A stretch of 64,000 nt of DNA, taken from the NCBI GenBank assembly GCA_034780895.1, contig JAUZTB010000076.1:38365385-38429384 (forward strand), in the 5' to 3' direction. Made by a program: the position numbers and the translations under genes. Below, one piece after another: positions 1-13,357 of the stretch. Origin of the DNA: Rhynchobatus australiae (lineage: Eukaryota). Numbering within the stretch: position 1 is the stretch's first letter; each line of letters opens with the position of its first letter. The notes under the pieces are model-generated. The model had not been told where the DNA came from and searched no databases. It saw only the letters and a list, made by a program, of their open reading frames with translations.

Positions 1-340
1 ATTCGGAGGAACGGAGTTGACGACATAATATTGTTTCATTTCTATTGAGAAATTTTGGCCCAGTTTTTTTTTGTTTGCTTAGTTTATATTGTTTATATTT
101 TTTTATATATTGATTTGGGTTTTTTTTTCCTTTTTTTAAATGTATATAATAAACCATTTTTCTTTTATACTCTCTTCATTAACTAAGAGATTGTTGGACT
201 TTGTTTTTTCTATATTTTATTATATGGTTATCTAAGATTTGAGTGATAACCAGATCTCTTTGTAAGACATGTACAAACTTTGATGCCGTATACCATTTGT
301 ATTGATTTGAAAACTAATAAAAAAGACTGAAAAAGAAAAA
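1..340 (+). mobile_element. Probable L1-like LINE 3' UTR and A-rich tail
   Basis: T-rich UTR-like sequence ending in ctAATAAAaaagactgaaaaagaaaaaag. Confidence 0.4.
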
Positions 341-1765
341 AGCAAAAGTTATAACCAGCTCAAATTCCCAAATATGTGCTACCAAACAAAGGATCACACT
401 CCCAGTGCTCACACCTAAACCTTGCACCTCCCATCACTGCTGAGAAACTTCAGGAATACAATGAGCTTCTTGGTCCAAATTAGTAACGAAGTCAACTAAA
501 GATCAATAAAACCAAGAATAAACTTTGCACGAGAGCAAAGACACACAAAAGGAAGCCAGAACATGATCAAAGTAACTCCAGCATCCCTATTTCTACTGTA
601 ACATTGCAGGCTTACATGATGTGATACTAAGCATAGTTTGATAGATGTTTTCCAGATCAATAATGATGAATTGTTTATTATCTGTTAGCAAGATAGTAAC
701 ATGAGACCACAAATTAAAGGTAAACAAATAGAATTAAATATTATATAATTAATTCTAGTTGCTTGAAAGGCTATGGGTAGCATGCCTAAGAATGGGATAG
801 ATTAATGTTGCTCAGACAAAACAAAAGAGCAAACTTGGTGGGCTAAATAGAAAGTTTTGTGCTGCATTTTTCTGTGTTTTTTAACATAGTAAGCAAATGT
901 GAAAAAATGTCCTTGTCCATTACATATTTAAACTTGAATATCAAGTCACATATTTAGAAATAATAGCAACATCTCATTTGAAATTTAAAATCCAGCACAG
1001 ATATCATTTGCGCAGAGTTCATATGATGCAATTCACTGCAAACCAGACCATATAAAAATGGACCTCACCAATTCAGCATTTCACATTATGACAGCAATTA
1101 GTAGAAGCACTGTTCTACACAAACATGATGTTAACAGGAAAACTTTCACATATGAACATAGGACTTCTGGTAACTTGTTATTACACCAATATTGCTCCTT
1201 GACTAATCTTGTAATTTTAATAGGTGGGTATTATATCCGATTTTAAGTCATAGTAAAAAAAAAGTATTGGTACAGTCAAATCAATACATCTTGTGGAAAT
1301 TGCGCCCAGAAACAAGGGATTAAAATGTAATTATGTACCTCTTTAGATATCAGACTCTAAACAAAAAGTTGTCGGCAACTGATCCAAAGTTAAGAGTTAA
1401 CTAGTTAAGGTCAATAAAACCAAGGATAATTATAAACTTTGCAATTTGGAAGCAGACAAAAGGAGGCCAGATGTGATCAACGTAGCTTGAGAGAAACTAA
1501 ACCAAATTGCTAGTTCAATCAAGGAGAACATTAGGTATTGAATTCTACATGGCATACTGCATATGAATTATGGGTAATTAAAATAAGGCATGCCAAACAA
1601 AATAGATATTTTAAAAAAAGCAATAACTTGAAAATATTGTAGGGAATATACCCAATGACTGTTGCAGCTTGTAATATGCTTTAAGATGGCAGAAGGTTAG
1701 CAGTAAATCAAATGCATGGCAACTTCACAATTCATACGGGAAAAGAAAGACAAAAGCTTAATTCA

Positions 1766-1936
<171 letters not shown>

Positions 1937-2749
1937 TTACACAAGTGCCTGGCCACCCATTTCAACTTCAAACTAGGTGCAGTATACATAAAGACTATTT
2001 TCTGGGCTACAGTTTGTTCTCCCCAAATCCTATCCACCCCCACCACTAAACAGAACATATCATATTTTTTTGTCTGATTCTTTAGTATCTTACCACAAAC
2101 ACATGAAAGCACAATATTTTGACAGTGTAAAATATTCAGTTTAAAAAGTTAGGAGTAGTGCTTACACTCAAGTTGCTACTAATAGTTTGATTTGATCAGA
2201 AGAACAGAATCAACAAGCAGACACTGAGTAGAACTACCATACTGTAAAAAAAGATACAGCTCCAAAGTACAGATAGATCAAAATTTCTGCACCTAACCAC
2301 TTGCTGATATAAATAGGCTTATTCTCCTTTACTTACTTCTATAAAAGTAAGTCTTTTCTGCTCTCTAACCAGTTGTCAGTGTCACTCCTTTAGTGGCAGA
2401 CAGCTGTGTCCAAATTCAAATACAGTCAAAGTCAGCTGATTGAACTGACTCCCAGAGGCAGAGTGAAACCACAGCAGGTATTTGCTAGGTAATAATGTGG
2501 GAGGCTACTCTAGAAACATTAGCTACAAGTAGATTCCTTAATATGTACATGTAAATCCACTGTTCCAATTTTTTTTAGGGGAAAAAAAATAGCTTTATGC
2601 AAGATTCCTTGGATCATGGATGCAAAGGATACAGGTATTTAACACTGCAAAAGATGTGATGTGGAAAAACAACCAATACATTTTCTAATACATATTAGAA
2701 AATAAACTGGATTTANNNNNNATGGAATCATTTATTTCAAAAATACTTA

Positions 2750-2887
<138 letters not shown>

Positions 2888-3809
2888 TTAACAGAAACAG
2901 ATCAGTAGAAAAGTACTTCAAACAATGTGAAAAAAAATTAAGTGCACGCATAACCTATATTTTCAAGTTAGTTCTTCTAGTGAAACCTGAACATTAGCTT
3001 GCCTTGCCATCAATTTTCAGCTCAAATAAGTTCCAGTGATTAACTAAGACTTTAAATCTATTGATACATTAACTATCTCATCCATAAGCTTAACTATATG
3101 TTGCCAATGTTTGTAGTTAGGCTTTTCATTTAAACAGCTAATTCTTGGTTAGTTTTGTTGATAAACATTTTAAGAAAAAATTGTCAGGTACAAACCTTTT
3201 GAAAATGAATTTTGAGATTAAATGTGTTTGAGAACATTTTGACCTTATGTCCAAGGTTTTTAAACAAAATGAAGCCCATAAAAAATAATTTCACAATTAG
3301 CAAAATGCAATTAAAATCATCCATTGAATTCTCCATATGCCTTTATTGTAATTTTTAAGAAATCGTTCAAGTTCTGAACTATTACAAAAGCTGAGGCTTA
3401 AGATGGAAACACAACCTTCTAACACATTTGCATATTCTGAAAACGTACTATGCTTCTGATTTGAAGTAGCAGTATTATATTTCTTCATTCCAGACGATCA
3501 CTAGAATATTCTTTCAAAACCAAAACTTGAAAATAAATTTCAGGAAGGCCTTTTTAAAAATATATCCATTATGAACCCAGGCAAAATCTCTTGATGGCAC
3601 CAGTCACTGATTGTTATTTGTAATATGACTTATTTACTTAAGGAATAATGAAAATTTCTCAGCATTACTTATAATGAATTGGTATTTTAATAAGGACATT
3701 TGTGTCTGGTAAAACTACAATGTGCACTCACTCATCATCGTGATAGGCATACCTTTCTTGAATGTCAGTTGATTTTTCACATCAACAATTATTAAAATTA
3801 TTTTTAACA

Positions 3810-4712
3810 ATGTTGCAAACACAAAAACTGGTAGAATTGCAGAAAGTGAAAAGGTTTCTCAAAGGATATAGTAGGATATAGATCAGTTGGAAATTTGAGC
3901 AGAGAAACAGCAGATGGAATTTAATCTGGACAAGTGTGAAGAGATACCTTGTGGGAGGTCAAATGCAAGTGTACAGAAAATGGCAGGACCCTTAGAAGCA
4001 TTGACGTACAGAGGAATCTTGGGGTTCAAGTCCATAGTTCCCTGAAAATGGCAACACAATTGTATAGACTGGTAAAGGTAGTGTATGGATGCTTGCCTTC
4101 ATCAGTCAGGGCATTAAATATAAAAGTTGGCATGTTGCAGCTGTATATAATTTTGGTTAGGCCGCATTTGGAGTATTGTGTGCAGTTCTGATCGTCACAT
4201 TACAGGAAGGATGTGGAGGGTTTGGAGAGGGTACAGAAGAGGTTCACCAGGATGCTGCTTGGAATAGAGAGCATTAGCTACAAGGAAAGGTTGGACAATC
4301 TTGGATTGTTTTCGCTGGAGCGTCAGAGGCGGAAAGGCAACCTGATAGTATATAAAAGTTATGAGAGGCATAGACTGGATAGATTATCAATCTTTTCCCC
4401 AGTGTTGAAATGTCATATACTAGAGGGTATAGGTTTGAGGTGAGAGTGGGAAAGTTTAAAGGGGATGTGTGAGGCAGGCTATTTATTTATTTTTAGACAG
4501 AGTGGTAGGTGCCTGGAATTCGCTGCCATGAGAAATAGTGGAAGCAGATACAACAGCAACATTTAAAAGGTATTTAGATAGGCACATGAATGGGCAGGGA
4601 ATAGAAGGATACAGACCACATGCAGGCAGATGGGATTAGTTATACTGGCATCATGATCTGCGTGGCAGTGGCTGAAGGGCCCATTCTTGTGTTGTACTGT
4701 TCAATGTTCTAG
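3810..4712 (+). mobile_element. CR1-clade LINE, 5'-truncated
   Basis: Degenerate ORF2 C-terminus (QRNLGVQVHSSLK; LVRPHLEYCVQF; LERVQKRFTRML) plus a 3' tail ending tgttcaatgttcta. Confidence 0.9.
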
Positions 4713-5961
4713 GTTTTGGAGATCAAGTAATTAGTTTTAAACTTTAAACACCAGGCAGCTGCAAACAACCTTGAGCAGTAGGATTTTCATTTTATAGTAT
4801 GCATTTTCATTTTAAAGACTACAATTTGATAGATGTCAATAGTTCACTATGTCAATAGTGTTGTAAACCGGACTCCAGAGAAAAACTGATAGTGGTGGCA
4901 GGACTGTCTAGGGGGTTGGGGAAGGGGGGTGGTGTGGGGGTTGACAGTAGAGACGTGAAGAGCTATTTTTGCATTTGAGAGGGTTCTGCGATACAATGGC
5001 CTGAAAGCAACTATTTGTCTAGCTGCACTTCACAAAGTTATCAGAGCCCACCCAATCACTACTGCCAATAACTAGCAACTTCTAATACTATCATCCTTAG
5101 ACCCTCAATTACAAAGCTCCCTCCTTGAATCAATTGGTCTCATGACTCCTTCAATTCTTCAGTGTTCCCACATTCTAAGACCTTCTCCAGTGCTCTCAGA
5201 ACCTTGCAGTGCAATTTTCCAAAATCCTGGAGGCTCTAACTACTCCTCTCCCTCTAAGCAGTGAAACTTCCTCAAAATACTGCAATGTACCTAGACTGCA
5301 ACCTAGTGGTGCTAACTTCTGGTCCTGATGTCTGGGAACATTCAAGAAAGGTGCGCCTATCACGATGGTGAGTGATTGCGCATTGTAGTCTTACCAGGCA
5401 AAAAGCAATGTTATTAAAATACCAATTCATTATGAATAATGCTGAGAAATTTTTGTTATTCCTTCAGTCATATTACAAATAACAATCTTTTAATGGACAA
5501 GTGAAATTGAAAGGACACAGCTTTATTGTACTGCTGAAAAAAGCAACTTATTTTCTGTAACAAATGGAGCCACACTCTACTTATCCATCTAGTGGATTCC
5601 AAAGGGAATTGCCTCTTATCAACTCTTCCATTTCCAGCAGATTTTATGTCTGAGCCAAAGATTCAGTTTTGAGCCCAGCAGAAGAGCACTGACGTGCTGG
5701 AGAGGGCCCCAGTCACTACAAAGGGAGGACAGGAAATGAAGCCCTGGTCACTTCAAAGGGAGTGCGGGAAATGGAGCCAGGTCAGCCAGATGCCAAATCA
5801 TCAGGATTTCCCAACTGCATAGCGATTATCACAGTTTACCATTTAAAAATTGTTCAAGTCTTTTGACAGGCGGTAAGCTCTCAGGGTATTCTGGGTGTGG
5901 GGCATCAGCATGTGCCCTGAGGAATTCTTATGCTGGAGAGCCTGCACTTACTCTCAGGAGC

Positions 5962-6014
5962 CTCTCTGTCACAGAGAGAGAATGTAGGACAAGTCCTACA
6001 TTCTCTGTCACAGA
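5962..6014. repeat. Perfect 14-bp inverted repeat with flanking 13-bp direct repeat
   Basis: AGAGAATGTAGGAC-aa-GTCCTACATTCTCT (5977-6006); TCTCTGTCACAGA at 5963-5975 and 6002-6014. Confidence 0.85.
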
Positions 6015-6481
6015 AGGTAAACTCATTTTGCGCTCTGCCTCTGAATGAAGTCCCAGCTGAGGAGTATTGCGGTTTGAGTCCAGCAAGCTGACCAACTCCA
6101 ACATAATCTGGTTCAGTATCATAGAAAAGGTTTTGAAGTGTGAAACTGAACCTTTATAGGCAGTTCCAGTATAACACCACCACAAAAAAAAGCACTCTAG
6201 TTTTGTTGGCAATGATAATTTGGATGATAATTTTTTTTTGAAATTTATGCATTCACATCCTGTGAATCGATCAATGTTAGTTTTTATTGTCTATCCCTAA
6301 TTGTTCCTGAACTCAGGTAAGCAGTTAAAAATCAACCACACTGGTAAGTCTGGAGTCACATATTCTGCCTGCACTATGGGTTGCGGATGAGGTATGAAAA
6401 TTTAAGTGTCTATGCCAGTTGGTACTCCAAACTTTGGTTTCATTTTTAAAATTACCATTATTGTTCAATTATCAATATTTA

Positions 6482-6745
<264 letters not shown>

Positions 6746-6898
6746 TTAAAAAAATCTCAGCCAAAGGACTAATTTTTATTCAAAGTCATTTTATCCAAGT
6801 TTGTTTTTCAAGTTTTTTTTACAAGTCCTTAGGTCACAGATTCTGTGGACTGGTAACCCATATTTAACCACCATAGCTTTCAGGTGACAAGCACTCAG

Positions 6899-6935
6899 TT
6901 TTCCCTTTTGATATTTTCCCTTTTGATATTTTCCC
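6899..6935. repeat. 15-bp tandem repeat (ttttcccttttgata, about 2.5 copies)
   Basis: Visible directly in the sequence. Confidence 0.8.
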
Positions 6936-7878
6936 TCTTGCCACTGGGCAAATGTATTGGTTTTAAATAATTGCTCTGGGAACTTGGTAAAGTTTAACAT
7001 ATTGGATGAGGGCAGTGGAGAGGAAATAAAAACTTTAGCTTGATACTGTGATAGTACACTTTGGTGCTCCAAAGACTCATCTCTCATGGAAATTTTAATT
7101 AAAAAATTCTATGCCTATTTAGTTATTCCGAGCAAATGTGTATTTTTTTCATTGACATGTTTAGGATAATGAGACTTTATTGTTACACTTACACATTGAT
7201 AAGGCTCCCCACTCCTACCTCTCCATATGCATATATCTTATGTTAGAACTTAACAATTAGAGATCAATATCAGCCTGGTCAGTTCCAAAAATCACACGAT
7301 TCACAAAACTTTAAAGAAAAGACAATCACAAGGATGCAAAACATCAATTCAAAAACAATGTTAGCCATAAGTCGTCAAAATAATTAGAAAGACATTCCTA
7401 ATCCAGCTTTTAAAAATATATATTTAACAGCAAGGTATGAACTGAGCCTGAAAGTAGGCATGTATATTTTAAGAAAATAGATTAACTTTAGAAACACAGG
7501 AATACAATAGGAAAAAAATTGCTGAAGACTTCTTGTAATTTTGTCTGACAAAATCAACCTAGAGCATTTCAAAGCAATGTTGAAAGCAGTCTCTGGGGTA
7601 AAGAACTTGAAAAATTAAGCATCTAATCTGCCCTCTGAAGCAGGTGAGAAAACAATTATGGGTGCTCAGAAAAGCATTATAACTGTAGAATTGAAGTCTG
7701 TTAAATTTACAGGAAGCTTAGTTACCAAACAATCTGAAAAACAAGCTGGGAGAATCTGAGAGCTGAGCCTTTGCTAGGCTAAACCTGAAGCAGGAATACC
7801 AGTTCAATCTTTGAGGGACCTCGGAAAGCACAAAGTAATATACATTTTTGAAATAAAATGATATCTGCTTAAACATTA

Positions 7879-8163
7879 GGCAGCATAGAGGTGCAACTCC
7901 CGACCTTGGGTGCTGTTTGTGCGGAGTTTGCATGTTCTCCTTGTGATTGTATGGGTTTCCTCCCACATCCCAAGAAACGTGTGGATTCATAGATTAACTG
8001 ACCACTGCAAATTGGCTTGGTGTGCAATGAGTGGTAGAATCTCAAAGGGAGTTGATGAGAATGTGGAGGGAAATGAAACATGGGATTAAATGTATCTTTT
8101 GTGTAAATAGGCAGTTGATGGTCGGCATGCCAAAGGGCTTGTTTCCGTGCTTTATCTATGACT
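7879..8163 (+). mobile_element. tRNA-derived SINE (HE1/V-SINE-like)
   Basis: Core ggagtttgcatgttctcc..gggtttcc..tcccacatcccaa and a CR1-like 3' tail. Confidence 0.75.
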
Positions 8164-8541
8164 GCCAATGCCTTTTAATGTGTTTGAAAGTGTTTTTTTT
8201 TAGTATTTTCATTTTCTTTCTTCAGTTTTTTAAAAATACTCATGCTTTTAAAAAATGCTTCAGCTTTTGAATGTTTCCTAATATTTGTTTGATATTTGGC
8301 TAAGCACTGCCATGGCTTGGCTGGCAGGTTTTTTTAAACCCCATCTGAGGTGGGGCTTATACTGGTCTGCAAACCTGATATTAAAACTTGCCAGGTCCTG
8401 TTGCCATGTGAACTTTACTCAGCAAGTCAACATCAAAAGGCACATCTTTTCCTACCATGTGGATCAGTGGTAAGCACAAGCAAGTTTTGATCCATTATTT
8501 CAAAGCCAAGCTGAAATGAATACAAGCATGCTAGGTTGTCA

Positions 8542-8745
<204 letters not shown>

Positions 8746-10099
8746 TTATCATCTAAATTTATGTTTGACTTCCAGAATTTAATGCATGTATATGATTTTA
8801 AAAGTAACAATCTAGTTATTAATTATTATTATAGGTACTTACACACAAGCTTATTTCTATTAAGTTAATTATAAATTATTGCCATATATCTTGTTACTAT
8901 TTGTGCTGAGAGACTCATTTATAATAAGGTACCAAAATGTTACAGGAAAATTACTGTAAAGCTAATAAACTTTAATGTGGTACAAATGCTAATTTGAAAA
9001 TAATGATGAGCAAAATACCTTTCAGTAGCTAAGCTAGGAAACACTTCCACATACCAGAGATAGCAGAGGTTTGGACACCTCTCCACATTTAGCAATCACT
9101 GCTTGAGTNNNNNNNNNNTTTTAATTAACCAAAAGTAGGAAGAAGGGAAGGCAGGTACATTGGGTTAGGTTGTGGCTCTGCCATAATTTCATTAAACGGC
9201 AGAATAGATTCATCAGATTGTATATGTTGTTCCTTCAGTAGAAACTTGTACACAATCCTATAGGCCTAAACAGCTACCAACACTTCCCCATACATTCGCC
9301 CAATTGTGATAAGATGTGTTTTGCTCAGTTTATTTCACCATGAAAAGTAGCCTGCAAAGAGCAATAATTCTTTGTCAGCTTAGACAACACATAGGTTTTA
9401 TTGCCCTAGTTTATGCTTTGTACATGCTGCTTGACATGTTGGTACAAACTGGAGTTTAATTCATGCAATAGGTACACACAGCTTCATATGGAGAAGGCCA
9501 GAGTGCAAAGACTTAATTTGGAGTCACGATAATTAACCTACAGGCCAGAAAATGATACAAGAGGAACAGCATGAAGTCCCAGATAATCTAGTGTTGATCA
9601 TACAGCAACTGCTACTGCAGGTATATAGGGGAACTCAAATTAATTATTTTCAGAGGTTACCTTATGTGGAAGGAGCCAGTACATTTCAAAATAGAATGCA
9701 GCAACTCACCTAGAAATTTTAGACTGCAAATAATGAAATGACTTATCTGAATGAGCTGCTTCAATCTTTTGTGAATTGAATTTGCTTGCCATGTTATATC
9801 TTACAATAGAAAGAATGTCTCATAGCATGGAGAAATAATAATAAGGCATTTAGATTACATTTTGAATAATTAATATTTTTGTAATGATGTTAAATGAAAA
9901 TACTAATTTGAGATCATGATTTTACCCAAATCTTCTTACAATTCCTACCTAATGTATTTAGTTTTCCAGTTGCCTGAACTGGGATAAAAGGGATACTGGA
10001 AAGATTGAGACCTTCATTACTTCATATAACTTCAACTGTAATTTGGTCTTGTTTAATATATAAAAAGGACAATTGTACAATTCAACATACACAACCAAC

Positions 10100-10251
10100 C
10101 TGTTCATTGTCTTTTATGTGCGAGCCTTCTGGTATTGCATCCAATCCCTTCTCCTCACCCGTACGCNNNNNNNNNNNNNNNNNNNATTCCACCACTTTAT
10201 TCTCAGGCAGAAAATCAGGATTCCACAACAACTGGTCTTCATTCTCATATA
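10100..10251 (-). CDS. MIER1: MIER1 exon 8 (ELM2; contains a 19-N gap)
   Basis: YENEDQLLWNPDFLPENKVVE[gap]RTGEEKGLDAIPEGSHIKDNEQ. Acceptor gtctag, donor gttggt; 152 nt keeps the frame across the gap. Confidence 0.95.
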
Positions 10252-11759
10252 CTAGACATAGATTTTTATAAGATTCATTAGTGCACAGCTTTACCTATGC
10301 CACATACTTGCGATCACTACGCATTAGTGGTTTTGTTTTTAAATAAAAGGGCACTCCTATAAAAAGAACAAATTTCAATAGCTAATACATAACCCTTTCA
10401 ATCTTTTAGATTATCTGAAGAAATCATTAGACAAACTAACAAGAAAATAATGAACGGGTTTTCTTTTTCCTCAGTTACAGTTAAGCTGGCATAGAAATCT
10501 TAAGGTGTTATATGAATTTTGATTACTAATCCAATCAACCACTCTTTACATGCAAGTCCTGAAAAGGACATCAGGTCTTTTGAGAGAGTACTATCAATGG
10601 AATACCCAATCCCACCCCACACCACCACTGCAACCCCTTCCACTCCCCTTATGTACACACGCAGTTTTTAGGACTTTGTTTTTAATCATGCACAAAAACA
10701 CATGTTGACTTCATTCTCAGTCCAAGTTGCGAAGGCGTATTGTAGGGGATGATCTAAAAGGCACAGTAGTTTTCTTCAATAGTGGTACTGGATCACCATC
10801 CAAGAAGTCAGTTCAATGCAAACAAGCAATGAAGCTATAAACTTCTTGGTCACCTGATTCAGAAGGCATGTACAATGAATATCACAGTTTCAAACAAAGG
10901 CCGTTTCTAAGCTTTTGGGTTCATTTTGAATTGCTCTAGCAAAGAGCCAGCATACGGGTGAAAACCAAAAGACTGATTTACTGACTTTAAAAGGTTTACA
11001 TATTTTAGCCTCAGAGTCTGAGTGAGTGTAAAGTAAACATTTGGTCATACTTTGGTCAAATTTCACAACTGGAATAGAGTATTTTGATGCTGACTGATGT
11101 GAAGAGGACTTGAACACATTTGTGATCCCTCTTGGGTGAAATACTTGAGGGAGGGTGACAGTTGCTATAGAATCCTAGTTCTGTAATAGTCAATGATTAA
11201 GAAAAGGAATGCAATGCACTCTATAGATACCCCAGATTGGAGAAGTTCACTGCAGATTACCATCCAGAATCTACTATCCATACTAAAAGATACTGCTGTG
11301 TCTTTCACATCTTTCCCCACATACATTCTGGCAAAAGGTAGGTGTTTTCTCCAAAACAGTTCATGACAATAGCCAATGTGCTACTGCTTGATCAACAAAA
11401 GTACTTTCTGGAGAAAGCAAGTTTCTCTGACAGTTTGGAGTTTACTCAAGCATGTTAGGAATCTAAAAAAAATTCAAAACTATTACTTAATTTAGTTAGG
11501 ATAAAGAATGTTGCCCATAATGTTTTGCACTTTGTTTGATGAAGTGAGTGAAACTTAGTCATTCTAATCTAATAAATTTCAGATGAGCTCAAAATAGTTA
11601 TAAAACATGAAACACATACACAGCATGTCATGTTTTTGCATCGATGCTCAAATATCAGAAAATAAATACTAAAGTTAGTCGCACTGCTGCTGCTATTTGG
11701 TTGTTACAAGAATTAAGCGACAGGAAAAGAAAAAGAAAAACATTACCAGGGAGGGGTGC

Positions 11760-13030
11760 AAGTGTCCCAGGTGCCTGATCTGCAAAAGGCTGGTGTGTCA
11801 ATAGAGCAAATAATTAGTAAAGCTAACAAAATGTTATTGTTTACTACGAGGGGTTATTGAATGCAAAAGTAAGAGGTCAAATGCCAAGTCAAGTAGCGCA
11901 TGCCAAGTACTTGATTGTAGTACTGACCAGCTTATTTTAAAAAAAGGATTTTTTATGTGTTGGAAACAGTTTAGTGAAGGTTTGCTAGAATACTAACTGG
12001 AACAGGCAACTTGTCTAATGAAGGATGATTGTACAGGCTGGCTTGTATAAGCCAGAATTTAAAAGCATGAGTAGGGATGTTGAAACTATGATTCTGAGGG
12101 GTCTTCACAGTGTAGCTGTGGAGAGGGTGCTTCCTTTGGTGGGAGAATCTGGAACTTGGGGTCACTATGCTCAGATATCTTCAGCTATTCACAATCTGCA
12201 TTAAGGACAGAGGAAAAACAGTGCTTCCAAATTTGCTAGTGGAAAAGGATGATGCCAAGTGTCAGCAAGGACATTGTATCTGGGCTAGATGAATGGACAG
12301 ATAGGTCATAATACAGGAAAGTGAGATGCTATTCACTCGATTAGGAAGAACAGAAAAGCAATGTATGTGTGTGTATGTCTATGTATATATATCTTATAAA
12401 TGGCAAACAGTGAATAAGCTCAGTGTACAACTGTATCTTGGCATGTTGATTCAGGAAATACAGGAAGTCGACATGGAGGCACAGCAATCAATAAAGTAAA
12501 TGGTATTATCTTTATTGCATGACAATTGGTGTATGAGAAAACAGGGTTTTGGTGAGGCCACACCTAGAATACTGCCTGAAGTTTGATTCTCCATACCCAA
12601 GAAAAGATACACATGCCTTGGCAGTGGTATGACATAGATTCACCAGTTAAGATTCATTGGAAGGAGGATTTCCACTTGAGTAACTGTTTAAGACTGGTAT
12701 AAATTTACGGTAGTTAGTAAGAATGACAGATGCTCCCACTTAAACACAAGTTTCTGAAAGAGCTTGATAGGGTAGATACTGAGAGACTTGTTTCCTCTGA
12801 ATGGAGTGTCAAGAAGGAAGAGGCACAAGTTGAGCATAAGGGGCTGACCACTAAGGAAGAGAATTCTCTTTTACTTTGCACGCTACAGATACTTGGAATT
12901 TTCTACTCTATTTCATGGACACCAAGGGGATAATCTGATGGGAAGGTAGACTTGACATATAGACTTTTACAAGAACTTATCGAAAAGCAGAGCAGGCTTG
13001 AGGAGCCATAGAGTTCCTTTTTATTTTTCA
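11760..13030 (+). mobile_element. Old, decayed CR1-type LINE fragments
   Basis: Remnants such as ttggtgaggccacacctagaatactg and a tail gagcaggcttgaggagcc. Confidence 0.6.
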
Positions 13031-13284
13031 ATTGTGATATTAATATATTTGAAGCTGGCTAAATAAATTTATAGATCTGTACAGGGGTTGAAAAATTCCA
13101 GTGAAAGAGACCTTCATAAAAGAAGGAATGTTGTAGATATCTGTAAAATTTAATGAATAAAGGTAGAAAGGTCTAACATAAAACTTTTCACAGTAGGAGA
13201 ATACCATTAACTGGAACACAGTTCACAATACTCAGCTACTTCTTACACCAATATGGCATCTTAGAAACACATTCTGAAGCTTAC

Positions 13285-13357
13285 CCTTTTCATTCTCTTT
13301 GTACTTATGAAAGTCTGTAGGAACTTCAGCCTGGTATTGGGAGCCCACCATGATCTC
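13285..13357 (-). CDS. MIER1: MIER1 exon 7 (start of ELM2 domain)
   Basis: EIMVGSQYQAEVPTDFHKYKENEK. Acceptor tttatag, donor gtaagc; 73 nt. Confidence 0.96.

Noticed and set aside
340-470. Possible terminal MIER1 exon (tttctcag|CA GTG ATG GGA..TGA)
   Set aside because: The phase-compatible frame gives a peptide with no resemblance to the known MIER1 alpha or beta C-termini.
5705-5785. About 33-bp degenerate tandem duplication (gtcactacaaagggag..ggaaatg)
   Set aside because: Only about two units and no functional signal.
11050-11300. Possible DIRS tyrosine-recombinase remnant (ITNVFKSSSHQSAS)
   Set aside because: A single short, weak motif; too little to support without a search.
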